Counted from the first letter of the stretch, positions 19,937 to 29,661 are shown. The stretch is 64,000 bases of DNA from Bacteroidaceae bacterium (GCA_017555845.1 JAFZFO010000052.1:5542-69541); one strand, 5' to 3'. Numbers and translations: made by a program. Notes: generated by a model from the sequence alone, not told the origin.

Positions 19937-20887
19937 ATGAAAAAAACATATCTATTGCTATTGGCAGCACTGCTCGCGTTCACAGTCTGCCACCCCATAA
20001 AAGCTCAGGAGCAAAAGGGATACGCTGCACTCAATGACAGCGAGCGTTACCTGCTGACCTATTCGGCCATTGCCGTTGAGCAGATGGAAAAGTATGGCAT
20101 ACCTGCAAGCATCACTCTGGCACAAGGACTATTGGAGAGCGGAGCCGGAAAGAGCAAGCTGGCAACGGAAGCGAACAACCATTTTGGAATAAAGGCCGAC
20201 AGCAGATGGAACGGTGAGACGTACTCACATCTGGATAACGGCAACTGGCACAAGTTCCGTGTATATAAGAATGCCGAGAAATCCTATGAGGACCATTCGC
20301 TATTCCTTGTGGGCAACAGCCGTTACGATACCCTTTTCAAGCTAAAACGCACAGATTACAAAGGATGGGCCAAAGGACTGAAGAATGCCTACTATGCCGA
20401 AGACCGCCAATATGACGTCAAGCTGATTGGCATCATTGAGAGATACGGCCTGTACAAATATGACAACTACACGGTTGCCGATGCAAGAAAGGAGATAAAG
20501 GGAATGGTTCCTCAAAGCGACAGGGATGCAGTTGTTGCAAACGTGGGAAAGGAGATTCTGAAGGCGAACGGACTGCCATATGTCATAGCCGAATACGGAG
20601 ACAACTTCAAGTCACTGTCTAAGGAACTGGGCATTACAAAGCGTAAGATACGCAAATACAACGACCTGCACAAGGAGTACACATTCAGCGACGGCGATAT
20701 CGTCTACCTTAAAAAGAAGAACAACAAGGCTGTAAAAGGATACAATTTCCACACGACCAAACAGGGAGAGAGCCTGTACAAGATATCACAGATATATGGA
20801 ATCAAGCTAAAAGCCATATATAAGTTGAACCCACAATATGTGAGCTACACGACACTGAAAGTGGGAGATGTCGTGAGACTCAGATAA
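19937..20887 (+). CDS. Glucosaminidase-domain peptidoglycan hydrolase with two LysM domains
   Basis: Signal peptide MKKTYLLLLAALLAF. FlgJ/LytD-type motif LAQGLLESGAGKSKLATEANNHFGIK and two C-terminal LysM repeats. The ORF from 19826 is an upstream extension. Confidence 0.88.
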   Translation: MKKTYLLLLAALLAFTVCHPIKAQEQKGYAALNDSERYLLTYSAIAVEQMEKYGIPASITLAQGLLESGAGKSKLATEANNHFGIKADSRWNGETYSHLDNGNWHKFRVYKNAEKSYEDHSLFLVGNSRYDTLFKLKRTDYKGWAKGLKNAYYAEDRQYDVKLIGIIERYGLYKYDNYTVADARKEIKGMVPQSDRDAVVANVGKEILKANGLPYVIAEYGDNFKSLSKELGITKRKIRKYNDLHKEYTFSDGDIVYLKKKNNKAVKGYNFHTTKQGESLYKISQIYGIKLKAIYKLNPQYVSYTTLKVGDVVRLR

Positions 20888-20926
20888 ACAAAGAGTGACA
20901 GAGAAAATCTCTGTCACTCTTTGTTT
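20886..20926. terminator. Bidirectional terminator between convergent genes
   Basis: 18-bp perfect stem AAACAAAGAGTGACAGAG/CTCTGTCACTCTTTGTTT with a 5-nt loop. Confidence 0.8.
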
Positions 20927-21266
20927 ATTCTCCGAGTTTGTTCATCTCATGCGATATGCGGAAAGCGCTATATAGTTCCATCAACGTTCCGCAGAACAGA
21001 ATCACTATCCACTCATTGCTATAATGGGTAAACATCAACACTCCTGCACCTACAAGCAGCAAACCGGCAAGCTGCTGTTGTGCTACAAGGCGACGCAGCA
21101 CCAGCCCGTCATGTCGGGGGCGCAACAGGAATTGTGTTACAGCAAAAAGCACTGCACCACATATATACACATAGGCGTAGACATGTGGAAGGAACATGCG
21201 CATCACCAATCCGGCCAACAGCGCGACAGCTCCTGCATAATTCAATAATACAAAAAACTTTTTCAC
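20925..21266 (-). CDS. Small integral membrane protein (hypothetical)
   Basis: 113 aa with four hydrophobic helices. It overlaps the upstream FtsB-like gene by 4 nt. Confidence 0.6.
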   Translation of the reverse strand: MKKFFVLLNYAGAVALLAGLVMRMFLPHVYAYVYICGAVLFAVTQFLLRPRHDGLVLRRLVAQQQLAGLLLVGAGVLMFTHYSNEWIVILFCGTLMELYSAFRISHEMNKLGE

Positions 21267-21574
21267 TCCTTTATTATATATATATCTTCATCCTTTTTTA
21301 TCAATCCCTGAGCACGTGCCACATCTTCGATGACACTGAGATCGCCATCGGTATACAATTTGAGTTTGTCCTGTACCTCGGCCGAGTCGGCCTCCATCTC
21401 CCTGATCTCATCAGTCAATTTGTCAATGGTAGCCTTGTTCTTTATGTGGCTGATCATGTTGTTGTCATCGACAACGATTATAATCGCCAAAAAGACAATG
21501 GTCACAAATATATACTTGTGATTCTTAATCCAATTAAAGAGAGCCTTTATCCTGTCGAAAACCTTGGTGCGCAT
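21263..21574 (-). CDS. Septum formation initiator family protein (FtsB/DivIC-like)
   Basis: 103 aa with one TM helix (YIFVTIVFLAIIIVV), a coiled coil, and C-terminal ARAQGLIKKDEDIY, which is typical of the family. Confidence 0.8.
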   Translation of the reverse strand: MRTKVFDRIKALFNWIKNHKYIFVTIVFLAIIIVVDDNNMISHIKNKATIDKLTDEIREMEADSAEVQDKLKLYTDGDLSVIEDVARAQGLIKKDEDIYIIKE

Positions 21575-21656
21575 AAGTTATTGTTTGATACTACAAAGAT
21601 AATCAAATTATCTTTCAACTTTGGTTTATGGCGGGATAAAAAAACAATCATCCCGT

Positions 21657-21687
21657 TTTGTTCTACGCTCGCTTTGCATTATCTTTG
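21657..21687 (+). promoter_or_regulatory. dnaX promoter (-33 TTTG and -7 TATCTTTG)
   Basis: TTTG at 21657-21660 and TATCTTTG at 21680-21687, with about 20-nt spacing, 38 bp upstream of the ATG. The core CGCTCGCTTTGCATTATCTTTGCG resembles the minus-strand reading of the 16.5-kb and 32.4-kb repeats. Confidence 0.55.
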
Positions 21688-21724
21688 CGTAAGCTATATA
21701 CATTATATAACAAGGCAAGAAAAA

Positions 21725-23590
21725 ATGGAAAACTACATAGTTTCGGCAAGAAAATACCGCCCGGACACCTTCGAGTCGGTGGTAGCCCAGAAATCGTTGA
21801 CCACAACGCTGAAGAACGCGATCCATAGCGGAAAGCTGGCACACGCCTATCTATTCTGTGGACCACGTGGTGTCGGCAAGACAACCTGTGCACGAATATT
21901 TGCCAAGACAATCAATTGTACCAACCCCACCGAGAACGGCGAGCCCTGCAACCAGTGCGAGTCATGCCAGTCATTCAACCAGCAGCGTTCATATTCAATC
22001 TATGAGCTTGACGCCGCCAGCAACAACTCGGTAGAGGACATCCGTTCACTAAACGAGCAAGTACGCATCCCACCCCAGGTTGGCAAGTACAAGGTCTATA
22101 TCATCGATGAGGTCCACATGTTGTCACAGGCCGCATTCAATGCCTTCCTCAAGACTCTTGAGGAGCCGCCTGCACACGCAATATTCATTCTTGCGACAAC
22201 CGAGAAGCACAAGATCATCCCAACCATCCTTTCGCGTTGCCAAATATATGACTTCAGCCGAATTGAGGTTGCAGACATCATTGCACACCTGAAAGGTATT
22301 GCCGAGAAGGAGAGCATAAACTGCGACTACGAAGCGCTGAGAATCATTGCACAAAAATCGGACGGTTGCATGCGTGATGCGCTGTCACTGTTTGACCAGA
22401 TGGCAAGCTTCACTCAAGGAGACCTCACATACACCAAAGTCATTGAAAGCCTCAATGTGTTGGACTACGAGTACTACTTCAGACTCACCGATTTCATCCT
22501 TGAGAAAAAGACTGCACAGTGTCTCCTGCTTTTCAATGATGTATTGAACAAAGGATTTGAGGGAAACATATTCATTGAAGGCGCAGCATCACACTTCAGA
22601 GACCTGCTTGTAAACAGCGACGATGCCACAGCCGAACTTTTCGAAGGAAGTACAGACCTGAGAAACAGATACACCGAGCAGGCACGCCGTTGCACCCCCA
22701 AAATGCTGTTCAACGCCATAAGGCTCTGCAGCAACTGCAGCCTCAACTACAGGACCAGCCGCAACAAGCGTCTACAGGTGGAGCTCACACTCATTGAGCT
22801 GTCACAGATGAGTGACAGCGACGGCGAAGATGGCCGGGGGCGTGGCCCCAAGATGCTTAAACCGATATTCAACAAGATAGTTCAAGAAACGCCACAGGCG
22901 CCCGCGCCACAGGTAACACAGACTGCAGCCCCGGCACAACCGGCACCAGCCGTCAACAATGCGCCACGGATCCAGCATCAACAGCCGGTTACACCCAACA
23001 ATAGTGCCACACAGGCAACAGCAGCCACAACTACGGCTGCGACACCTGCAATACAAGGAAGACCCGCAGAATTGAGAACAAGGAAAGAGGGTGCCGGCAG
23101 TCTGGGCAAGATGTTCCAAAGATCGAGAACCGTCATTGAAGCAGGCGTACCAGAGAAAGCGCCTGAAGCGGAGAAGCAGAATATAGTCAGGAGCGAACCG
23201 ACAGTTGCGCCAAGCAGCACACCGGCAATGGTAACAGATGCCATGCTCTCGCAAGCATGGACTTCATTTGCCTTGTTGCTGCCCGAGAACGAGAGAGCAT
23301 TGGCCGACCGTATGAAAATAATGTCGCCCAAAGTCGAGAACCCAAACTGTTTCATGATATCGGTAGACAACCAGATGGCAGCCGACCTCTTCACAAGAGA
23401 GGAGAAACGCATATGTGAAGGAATGGCAAAGTTCCTGAACAACACGACAATGAAAATGAATATCGTCGTGAACAAAGTGGTTGTAGAGCGACACACCAGC
23501 GACAAGAGCAAGCAATATGCGATACTGGTAGAGAAGAACCCGTTAGTCGAGAAACTGCGCGTCGAGCTAAATCTTGAAGTTGCGAGATAA
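21725..23590 (+). CDS. dnaX: DNA polymerase III subunit gamma/tau
   Basis: Starts MENYIVSARKYRPDTFESVV, with GPRGVGKTT, IIDEVHMLS and SRCQIYDF. A Pro/Ala/Gln/Thr-rich linker precedes a conserved C-terminal domain. The ORF from 21080 is an upstream extension. Confidence 0.95.
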   Translation: MENYIVSARKYRPDTFESVVAQKSLTTTLKNAIHSGKLAHAYLFCGPRGVGKTTCARIFAKTINCTNPTENGEPCNQCESCQSFNQQRSYSIYELDAASNNSVEDIRSLNEQVRIPPQVGKYKVYIIDEVHMLSQAAFNAFLKTLEEPPAHAIFILATTEKHKIIPTILSRCQIYDFSRIEVADIIAHLKGIAEKESINCDYEALRIIAQKSDGCMRDALSLFDQMASFTQGDLTYTKVIESLNVLDYEYYFRLTDFILEKKTAQCLLLFNDVLNKGFEGNIFIEGAASHFRDLLVNSDDATAELFEGSTDLRNRYTEQARRCTPKMLFNAIRLCSNCSLNYRTSRNKRLQVELTLIELSQMSDSDGEDGRGRGPKMLKPIFNKIVQETPQAPAPQVTQTAAPAQPAPAVNNAPRIQHQQPVTPNNSATQATAATTTAATPAIQGRPAELRTRKEGAGSLGKMFQRSRTVIEAGVPEKAPEAEKQNIVRSEPTVAPSSTPAMVTDAMLSQAWTSFALLLPENERALADRMKIMSPKVENPNCFMISVDNQMAADLFTREEKRICEGMAKFLNNTTMKMNIVVNKVVVERHTSDKSKQYAILVEKNPLVEKLRVELNLEVAR

Positions 23591-23591
23591 C

Positions 23592-23625
23592 AAGAGGAAG
23601 GATGAACCAATTCATCCTTCCTCTT
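23592..23625 (+). terminator. Rho-independent terminator after dnaX
   Basis: 15-bp perfect stem AAGAGGAAGGATGAA/TTCATCCTTCCTCTT with a 4-nt loop. Confidence 0.75.
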
Positions 23626-23799
23626 TACTTATTCAACAGCACCGGATACTCCACCCAAACAGCAATTATGGCCTGAAGCCTCTGAATGGAAGCCCTATAA
23701 TTAAAGTCATAAAATCATAAAAAACAAATTAAATTGACACATTTTTAACATGGTATCAGGGCTCTAAAACATCTTTTTAAATATGAAAATTTTTCGCCT

Positions 23800-23820
23800 T
23801 ATTTAGAATTATTCTAAATA
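23800..23820. repeat. Perfect 10-bp inverted repeat (TATTTAGAAT t ATTCTAAATA) in the dnaA upstream spacer
   Basis: Read directly from the sequence. The arms are exact reverse complements separated by 1 nt. Confidence 0.9.
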
Positions 23821-24210
23821 GGAAAGACTACAGGCGAAACTGGCGGATGAAATTCAAAAACCATACCAGAAGCGGAAGAAAGGTACATTCTGAAGATGTT
23901 TCACAATATCAAGCGGGTGTGCATAGCAAGATAACACATTGAGTATCAATGTTTAAAAAAAATAACATAAAACAACAACCTTATAATCCCGCCATTTCTT
24001 AAAGCACTGATATACAGCCCATTATTCAATGCAAGTTTTCGGGGTCTTTTTCTTTGCTTGCATTTTCATTTTTATTTGCAGATATTTGCATAGGAATTAA
24101 TCGAAAAAGGAATCCGACCGGCAACGACCGATTGACAGTGCAAGCCTCTTGCACACATCATTCCGAAATTATTCCCCGATTACTTAGGATAGAAAAAACA
24201 CGAACAGTCG

Positions 24211-25602
24211 ATGACACAACATCTCGATACAAAATGGAATAAATGTTTGGAGATCATTCGTGATAATGTCTCTGAAACAACCTTCAATACTTGGTTCGCG
24301 GATATCAAGCCGCTCAAGTATGAGGGTAACACTCTTACCATACAGGTCAAGAGCAATTTTGTATATGAGTTTCTTGAGGGTAACTTTGTCGACCTGTTGC
24401 GTTCTACCCTTTTCAAGGTAATGGGCAATGGTACACAGCTCATGTACAGCGTGCTCACGGACAAGGACAACAACCTGAGCATGGAAGTCGGAACCGACAA
24501 CAGCGCTTCTACATGTCGCAGAACAGCCAACAGTGGCAACAATGCCCCTGTAGCAAAGCAGGAGACAATACAGGAGCTGGACTCAATGCTCATCAACCGC
24601 TACACCTTTGACAACTATGTCGAGGGTATCAGCAACCGCTTGTCACGTTCTGTGGCCATCAGCGTTGCCGACAAACCGGGCCGAGCATTCAACCCATTGT
24701 TCATCCATGGTTCATCAGGTGTCGGCAAGACCCACCTGATAAACGCTATCGGTATCAAAATTAAGGAATTGCACCCTGAGCTTCGTGTACTCTACGTATC
24801 GGCTCATCTTTTCCAGGTACAATATACAGATTCTATACTCCAGAAGAACTTCAATGATTTCATGAGATTCTATCAAAGCATTGATGTCCTTATCATTGAT
24901 GATATTCAGGAGTTTGCGGGCCTTCAAAAGACCCAGAACGCTTTCTTCCATATATTCAATCACCTGCATCTGAACGGAAAGCAGCTGATTATGACATCAG
25001 ACCGCTCACCCGCGCAATTGCAGGGTATGGAAGAGCGTTTAATCACACGATTCAAGTGGGGCATGACAGCCGAGATTGAAAAGCCCGATTTCGAATTGCG
25101 CAAGAACATTCTCCGCAACAAGATCTACAGAGACGGTCTGAAGTTCCCAGAGGAGGTAATCTCATACATCGCCGAGAATGTAAATGCAAGCATCCGCGAC
25201 CTTGAGGGTATAGTAGTGTCAATAATGGCACACTCGACCATCAACAATGCCGATATCGACATAAACCTCGCACGCAGAATCATTGGCGATTTCTCAGACT
25301 ATGAGAAGAAGACAATAACCATTGACGATATCATAAAGACCGTTTCGGAGTACTACGGCGTTGAGGTAAATGCCATCAACACACGTTCACGCAAACGCGA
25401 AGTTGTACTCGTGCGCCAGGTAGCAATGTACCTCGCAAAGAAACACCTTGACATGTCAACCTCAAAGATCGGTAAATACATCGGTGACCGCGACCACGCG
25501 ACAGTGCTCCACGCATGCAAGACAATCACCAACCTTGCCGACACAGACAAACAGTTCCGTGTAGAACTTGAAGAGATCGACAACTCACTCTTGAGCGCAT
25601 AA
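24211..25602 (+). CDS. dnaA: Chromosomal replication initiator protein DnaA
   Basis: 463 aa with N-terminus [24 protein letters not shown]+ Walker [18 protein letters not shown], and the C-terminal [12 protein letters not shown]....S...IG...[11 protein letters not shown]. Confidence 0.97.
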   Translation: MTQHLDTKWNKCLEIIRDNVSETTFNTWFADIKPLKYEGNTLTIQVKSNFVYEFLEGNFVDLLRSTLFKVMGNGTQLMYSVLTDKDNNLSMEVGTDNSASTCRRTANSGNNAPVAKQETIQELDSMLINRYTFDNYVEGISNRLSRSVAISVADKPGRAFNPLFIHGSSGVGKTHLINAIGIKIKELHPELRVLYVSAHLFQVQYTDSILQKNFNDFMRFYQSIDVLIIDDIQEFAGLQKTQNAFFHIFNHLHLNGKQLIMTSDRSPAQLQGMEERLITRFKWGMTAEIEKPDFELRKNILRNKIYRDGLKFPEEVISYIAENVNASIRDLEGIVVSIMAHSTINNADIDINLARRIIGDFSDYEKKTITIDDIIKTVSEYYGVEVNAINTRSRKREVVLVRQVAMYLAKKHLDMSTSKIGKYIGDRDHATVLHACKTITNLADTDKQFRVELEEIDNSLLSA

Positions 25603-25620
25603 TACTATCAACATAACGAA

Positions 25621-25660
25621 CATCAGCGGCTGCATCTGTTTATAGATGCAGCCGCTGATG
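25621..25660 (+). terminator. Rho-independent terminator after dnaA
   Basis: 17-bp perfect stem CATCAGCGGCTGCATCT/AGATGCAGCCGCTGATG with a 6-nt loop. Confidence 0.8.
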
Positions 25661-25743
25661 CTTTATACAAAAAACACACTGCCTTCAAAACACAAATCCA
25701 ACAATTGTCAAACAAGACGGCTGAACCGAGCGGAGAAATTTTC

Positions 25744-25822
25744 TTTTTGGAAAACTTTATAGAGCTTTTTAAAAATACAGATATTGATAATCAACGATTT
25801 AAAAATATTTTTGGAAAACTTT
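25744..25822. repeat. Two exact 15-bp direct repeats (TTTTTGGAAAACTTT) in the dnaA-nrdJ spacer
   Basis: Copies at 25744-25758 and 25808-25822, a 64-bp offset, each next to a TTTAAAAAT tract. Confidence 0.9.
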
Positions 25823-25939
25823 CATTTCAACCAACGTTAAATGAATGATTTATTTTGGTACTTATATAAATGATTTTTAAATTTGTATTCCCCATTCGGG
25901 AAAACATTCATATAACAATAACCAAAATAAAATACCATA

Positions 25940-28471
25940 GTGGAACAGAAAATATACTCACAGGAGGAAGCCTTCAAGTCTTCTCTTGAATACTTTGACG
26001 GCGACGAGCTGGCAGCCAGAGTCTGGGTCAACAAGTACGCCCTTAAAGACTCATTCGGCAACATCTACGAAAAGTCGCCGGCAGACATGCATTGGCGAAT
26101 AGCCAACGAAATTGCACGTATTGAATCAAAGTACAGCAACCCCATGTCGGCACAGGAGATCTTTGACCTGCTTGACAGATTCAGATACGTAGTACCTTCG
26201 GGCAGCCCGATGTCAGGCATCGGAAACAACTTCCAGATAGCATCACTCTCGAACTGTTTTGTGATTGGCATGGAGGGAAAAGCCGATTCCTATGGTGCCA
26301 TCATACGCATTGACGAGGAACAGGTGCAGCTGATGAAGCGACGCGGCGGTGTGGGACATGACCTTTCACACATACGTCCCAAAGGTTCGCCGGTAAAGAA
26401 TTCTGCCCTCACATCGACAGGTCTTGTTCCATTCATGGAGCGATACTCGAACTCGACACGCGAAGTTGCACAGGATGGCCGCCGCGGCGCCTTGATGCTG
26501 AGCGTATCCATCAAACACCCCGATGCCGAGGCATTCATTGATGCAAAGATGACCGAAGGCAAAGTGACAGGCGCGAATGTTTCGGTAAAGATCGATGATG
26601 AATTCATGAAGGCAGTCACAACCGCAACACCATATAGGCAGCAGTACCCCATCAACGCCGAAAACCCCACATACACGAAGGAGATCGATGCAGTAAAGCT
26701 ATGGGAGAAGATCATCCATAATGCCTGGAAATCGGCCGAGCCCGGAGTGCTTTTCTGGGACACCATCAAGCGCGAATCAATTCCCGACTGCTATGCCGAC
26801 CTCGGATTTGAGACAGTATCCACAAACCCATGTGGAGAAATCCCATTGTGTCCATACGATTCGTGCCGTCTCATTGCCATCAATCTGTTCTCATATGTCG
26901 TGAACCCATTCACCCCTGAGGCATATTTTGACTACGCACTTTTCAAGGAGCATGCAGCAAAGACCCAGCGAATGATGGACGACATAATTGACCTTGAGCT
27001 TGAAAAGATTGAGACCATAATGGAGAAGATTGACAGCGACCCCGAAAGTGATGAGGTAAAAGGAGCCGAGAGGAAGCTTTGGGAGAAGATCTACCGCAAG
27101 AGCAGCATGGGACGCCGTACAGGAGTGGGCATAACAGCCGAGGGCGACATGCTCGCCGCGATGGGACTACGCTATGGTTCGGCCGAGGCGACAGCCCTTG
27201 CCGAGGAGATACACAAGACATTGGCCATCACGGTTTACTCGTCATCAGTGAATCTCGCAAAGGAGCGTGGTGCATTTGAGGTCTTCGACATCACACGCGA
27301 AGCGGAAAACCCATTCATCAACCGCCTGAAGGAGGCCTGCCCAAGCCTGTATGAGGAGATGGAGAAATATGGAAGACGCAACATCGCATGCCTTACCATT
27401 GCCCCGACCGGTACAGTGAGCATCATGACACAGACCACATCAGGCATAGAACCGGTATTCATGCCCGTATACAAGCGCCGCAGGAAAGTCAACCCCAACG
27501 ATGCCGATGTCCACGTGGATTTCACTGATGAGAACGGCGATACATTCGAGGAGTACATCGTGTACCACCACAAGTTCGTGGAGTGGATGAAGAAAAGCGG
27601 CATCGACACCACAAAGCGCTATTCACAAGTGGAGATAGACAATATTGTCTCACGCTCGCCATACAACAAGGCGACATCCAATGATATCGACTGGGTTGCA
27701 AAGGTTGAGATGCAGGGACGCATACAAAAGTGGGTAGACCACTCTATCAGCGTAACCATCAACCTACCCAACAATGTGGATGAGAAACTTGTGAACGAGC
27801 TTTATGTGACAGCATGGAAGTGCGGTTGTAAAGGCTGCACCGTATATCGCGACGGCTCGCGCGCGGGAGTGCTTGTTTCCACCGACAGCAAAAAAGAGAA
27901 GAAGGCAAACGAGGAGATGAAACCATTCATCACAGAGGTGCGCCCTACAATTCTCCAGGCCGACGTCGTACGATTCCAGAACAACAAGGAGAAGTGGGTG
28001 GCATTCATAGGCCTGCTCAACGGAGAGCCATACGAGATATTCACAGGTCAGCAAGATGATGAGGACGGCATTCCATTGCCCAAGAACGTGACACACGGCA
28101 TCATCATCAAGCATACCAACGAGGACGGAAGCAAACGCTACGACTTCCAGTTCGAGAACAAGATTGGCTACAAGACCACCATTGAAGGTTTGTCAGAACG
28201 CTTCAACCCCGAGTTCTGGAACTACGCGAAACTGATCTCCGGAGTGTTGCGCTACAAGATGCCTATAGAACAGGTCATCAAGCTGATTTCATCACTTGAA
28301 CTCGCATCAGACAACATCAACACATGGAAGAATGGTGTTGAACGTGCCCTGAAGCGTTATATGAAGGATGGAACATCAAGCGCCGAGAAGTGCCCGAACT
28401 GCAAACAACAGCTTATATTTGAAGAAGGTTGCCTGCACTGCCCCGGTTGCGGATATTCAAAATGCGGATAA
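25940..28471 (+). CDS. nrdJ: Adenosylcobalamin-dependent (class II) ribonucleotide reductase
   Basis: 843 aa. N-terminus ...YFDGDELAARVWVNKYALKD, active-site region NPCGEIPLCPYDSCRL, and a C-terminal Cys-rich tail CPNCKQQ...CLHCPGCG. The apparent start codon is GTG at 25940. Confidence 0.9.
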   Translation: MEQKIYSQEEAFKSSLEYFDGDELAARVWVNKYALKDSFGNIYEKSPADMHWRIANEIARIESKYSNPMSAQEIFDLLDRFRYVVPSGSPMSGIGNNFQIASLSNCFVIGMEGKADSYGAIIRIDEEQVQLMKRRGGVGHDLSHIRPKGSPVKNSALTSTGLVPFMERYSNSTREVAQDGRRGALMLSVSIKHPDAEAFIDAKMTEGKVTGANVSVKIDDEFMKAVTTATPYRQQYPINAENPTYTKEIDAVKLWEKIIHNAWKSAEPGVLFWDTIKRESIPDCYADLGFETVSTNPCGEIPLCPYDSCRLIAINLFSYVVNPFTPEAYFDYALFKEHAAKTQRMMDDIIDLELEKIETIMEKIDSDPESDEVKGAERKLWEKIYRKSSMGRRTGVGITAEGDMLAAMGLRYGSAEATALAEEIHKTLAITVYSSSVNLAKERGAFEVFDITREAENPFINRLKEACPSLYEEMEKYGRRNIACLTIAPTGTVSIMTQTTSGIEPVFMPVYKRRRKVNPNDADVHVDFTDENGDTFEEYIVYHHKFVEWMKKSGIDTTKRYSQVEIDNIVSRSPYNKATSNDIDWVAKVEMQGRIQKWVDHSISVTINLPNNVDEKLVNELYVTAWKCGCKGCTVYRDGSRAGVLVSTDSKKEKKANEEMKPFITEVRPTILQADVVRFQNNKEKWVAFIGLLNGEPYEIFTGQQDDEDGIPLPKNVTHGIIIKHTNEDGSKRYDFQFENKIGYKTTIEGLSERFNPEFWNYAKLISGVLRYKMPIEQVIKLISSLELASDNINTWKNGVERALKRYMKDGTSSAEKCPNCKQQLIFEEGCLHCPGCGYSKCG

Positions 28472-28484
28472 CACTATAGAACAA

Positions 28485-28513
28485 CTACAAGGAACCGAAT
28501 CGGTTCCTTGTAG
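28485..28513 (+). terminator. Hairpin terminator after nrdJ
   Basis: 13-bp perfect stem CTACAAGGAACCG/CGGTTCCTTGTAG with a 3-nt loop. There is no strong T-run. Confidence 0.55.
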
Positions 28514-28527
28514 TCAAACAAAGAATT

Positions 28528-28896
28528 ATGCAGATAGAAAATTACTCAATAGAATTGCGCGATGTACACATGTTCGCGCACCATGGCGTAATGTTGCAGG
28601 AACGCGAGATAGGCGCCTGGTTTACAATTGACATCAAGCTTGAAATAAATGACAGCAGCTGTTCGGAGAGTGACCTGATAGAAGGCACCGTCAGCTACGC
28701 CGATGTATATGATATACTGCGCCAAGAGATGAGCATACCATCCAACCTGTTGGAACACGTATGCAACAGGATTTCAAGAAGACTATATGATAATTTCTGC
28801 CAGGTTGCTGCAATAGAGATTACCTTATGCAAGGACACACCACCAATGGGTGGTGACAGACTGAAAGCAGCTGTTACGCTTACGAGCAGACGATAG
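28528..28896 (+). CDS. folB: Dihydroneopterin aldolase
   Basis: 122 aa with GHHG..L.EE...G..F..D..L and VSYADVYD, typical of FolB. Confidence 0.85.
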   Translation: MQIENYSIELRDVHMFAHHGVMLQEREIGAWFTIDIKLEINDSSCSESDLIEGTVSYADVYDILRQEMSIPSNLLEHVCNRISRRLYDNFCQVAAIEITLCKDTPPMGGDRLKAAVTLTSRR

Positions 28897-28899
28897 TGA

Positions 28900-29661
28900 T
28901 CACTTGAGTTTCGCGAGGGCTTGACGGGCAGCCTTCTGCTGACTCTCGCGTTTTGAGAAACCGTCGCCGATTCCACACACTTCGCCGGCGACAAGTACCT
29001 CGCTCACAAAGAAGACACCCTCCTTGCGGAGTTCCTCGGTAACAATGCGGAATTCGACATCAATATGTTTCTTCTGTCCCCATTCAATGAGACGGCTCTT
29101 GTAGTTCTTGTCCGACTTCACCACTGACTCTATGTCGGTAAGGCGCGAGAACACCCTGTCAAGCAGAAAGCGTCGGCAATGCTTGTATCCTTTGTCAATG
29201 TATATGGCACCTACCAGAGCCTCAAGAGCATTGCCATATATGTAATTGTTATGCTGATGCGCTACGCCGCATGCATTGACATACTTGTCGAGCCCTATCT
29301 GCAGGGCCAGTTCGTTCAATCTTTCACGGCAGACAAGATTACTGCGTGATTTGGTAAGGAAACCTTCACGCTCACGGCTGAAGTTGGAATAGAGATAATC
29401 GGCTGTAACGGAACTTAGGACCGCATCGCCAAGGAATTCCAAACGCTCGTTGCAGGAGAGCTTCTTCATGCCCGATGTAGAGCTGTGCGTCATGGCCATC
29501 TCATACAATTTTATATTGCGTGGCACATAACCCAAGATAGAGTACAACAACAAATAAGACTCCCTGTCCTTATGGGACAGGAGTCTTATCTTATCAATTA
29601 CCTTCTTGAAAAGTCTATCAGCCTTCAATTTTCTTAAACGCAATACTTGCATTGTGGCCAC
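28900..29661 (-). CDS. rnc: Ribonuclease III
   Basis: Signature NERLEFLGDAVL, GNALEALVGAIYID, and a C-terminal dsRBD. The N-terminal extension (IDKIRLLSHKDRESYLLLY) is typical of Bacteroidales. The start overlaps the fabF 3' end by 44 nt. Confidence 0.92.
   Translation of the reverse strand: MATMQVLRLRKLKADRLFKKVIDKIRLLSHKDRESYLLLYSILGYVPRNIKLYEMAMTHSSTSGMKKLSCNERLEFLGDAVLSSVTADYLYSNFSREREGFLTKSRSNLVCRERLNELALQIGLDKYVNACGVAHQHNNYIYGNALEALVGAIYIDKGYKHCRRFLLDRVFSRLTDIESVVKSDKNYKSRLIEWGQKKHIDVEFRIVTEELRKEGVFFVSEVLVAGEVCGIGDGFSKRESQQKAARQALAKLK

Noticed and set aside
21080-21724. Upstream extensions of ORFs given in the track. Examples: dnaX from 21080, CapA from 8971, GT2 from 36027, ABC-F up to 38976, argR up to 61144, ruvC up to 18974, M20 up to 45082, lpdA up to 63974.
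   Set aside because: The extensions overlap neighbouring genes or promoter and terminator elements, and they translate to non-conserved sequence. In each case an internal Met reproduces the canonical N-terminus of the family, and that Met is usually preceded by a TAnnTTTG box at a normal distance.
22501-22509. Possible -1 slippery site (GAG AAA AAG) in dnaX that could generate a gamma subunit.
   Set aside because: There are only five A residues, so the heptamer is G AAA AAG rather than A AAA AAG. It lies at about codon 260, far upstream of where gamma/tau frameshifting occurs. No downstream stem-loop is evident.
23626-24210. RNase P RNA, tmRNA, SRP RNA or 6S RNA hidden in the long dnaA-upstream spacer.
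   Set aside because: The hallmark strings are absent: GAGGAAAGUCCGG for RNase P, the tRNA-like GGUUCGA...CCACCA end for tmRNA, and GGAAGCAGCC-type SRP domain IV. Only weak partial resemblances are seen (GGAAAGAC, AGCGGAAGAAAGG). An unknown ncRNA cannot be excluded.
24054-24242. 62-aa ORF overlapping the dnaA start. The 75-aa ORF at 25837-26064 (-) overlapping the nrdJ start was also considered.
   Set aside because: The ORF at 24054 has a non-ATG start. Both have improbable composition and overlap the 5' ends of well-supported genes, and neither has a promoter box in the right place.
25661-25939. Cobalamin riboswitch upstream of the B12-dependent RNR. A FMN riboswitch upstream of ribH (17504-17573) was also considered.
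   Set aside because: No B12-box-like conserved core could be found by eye. B12 riboswitches normally repress B12-independent isozymes rather than nrdJ. The ribH upstream space is only 70 nt and is occupied by a terminator.
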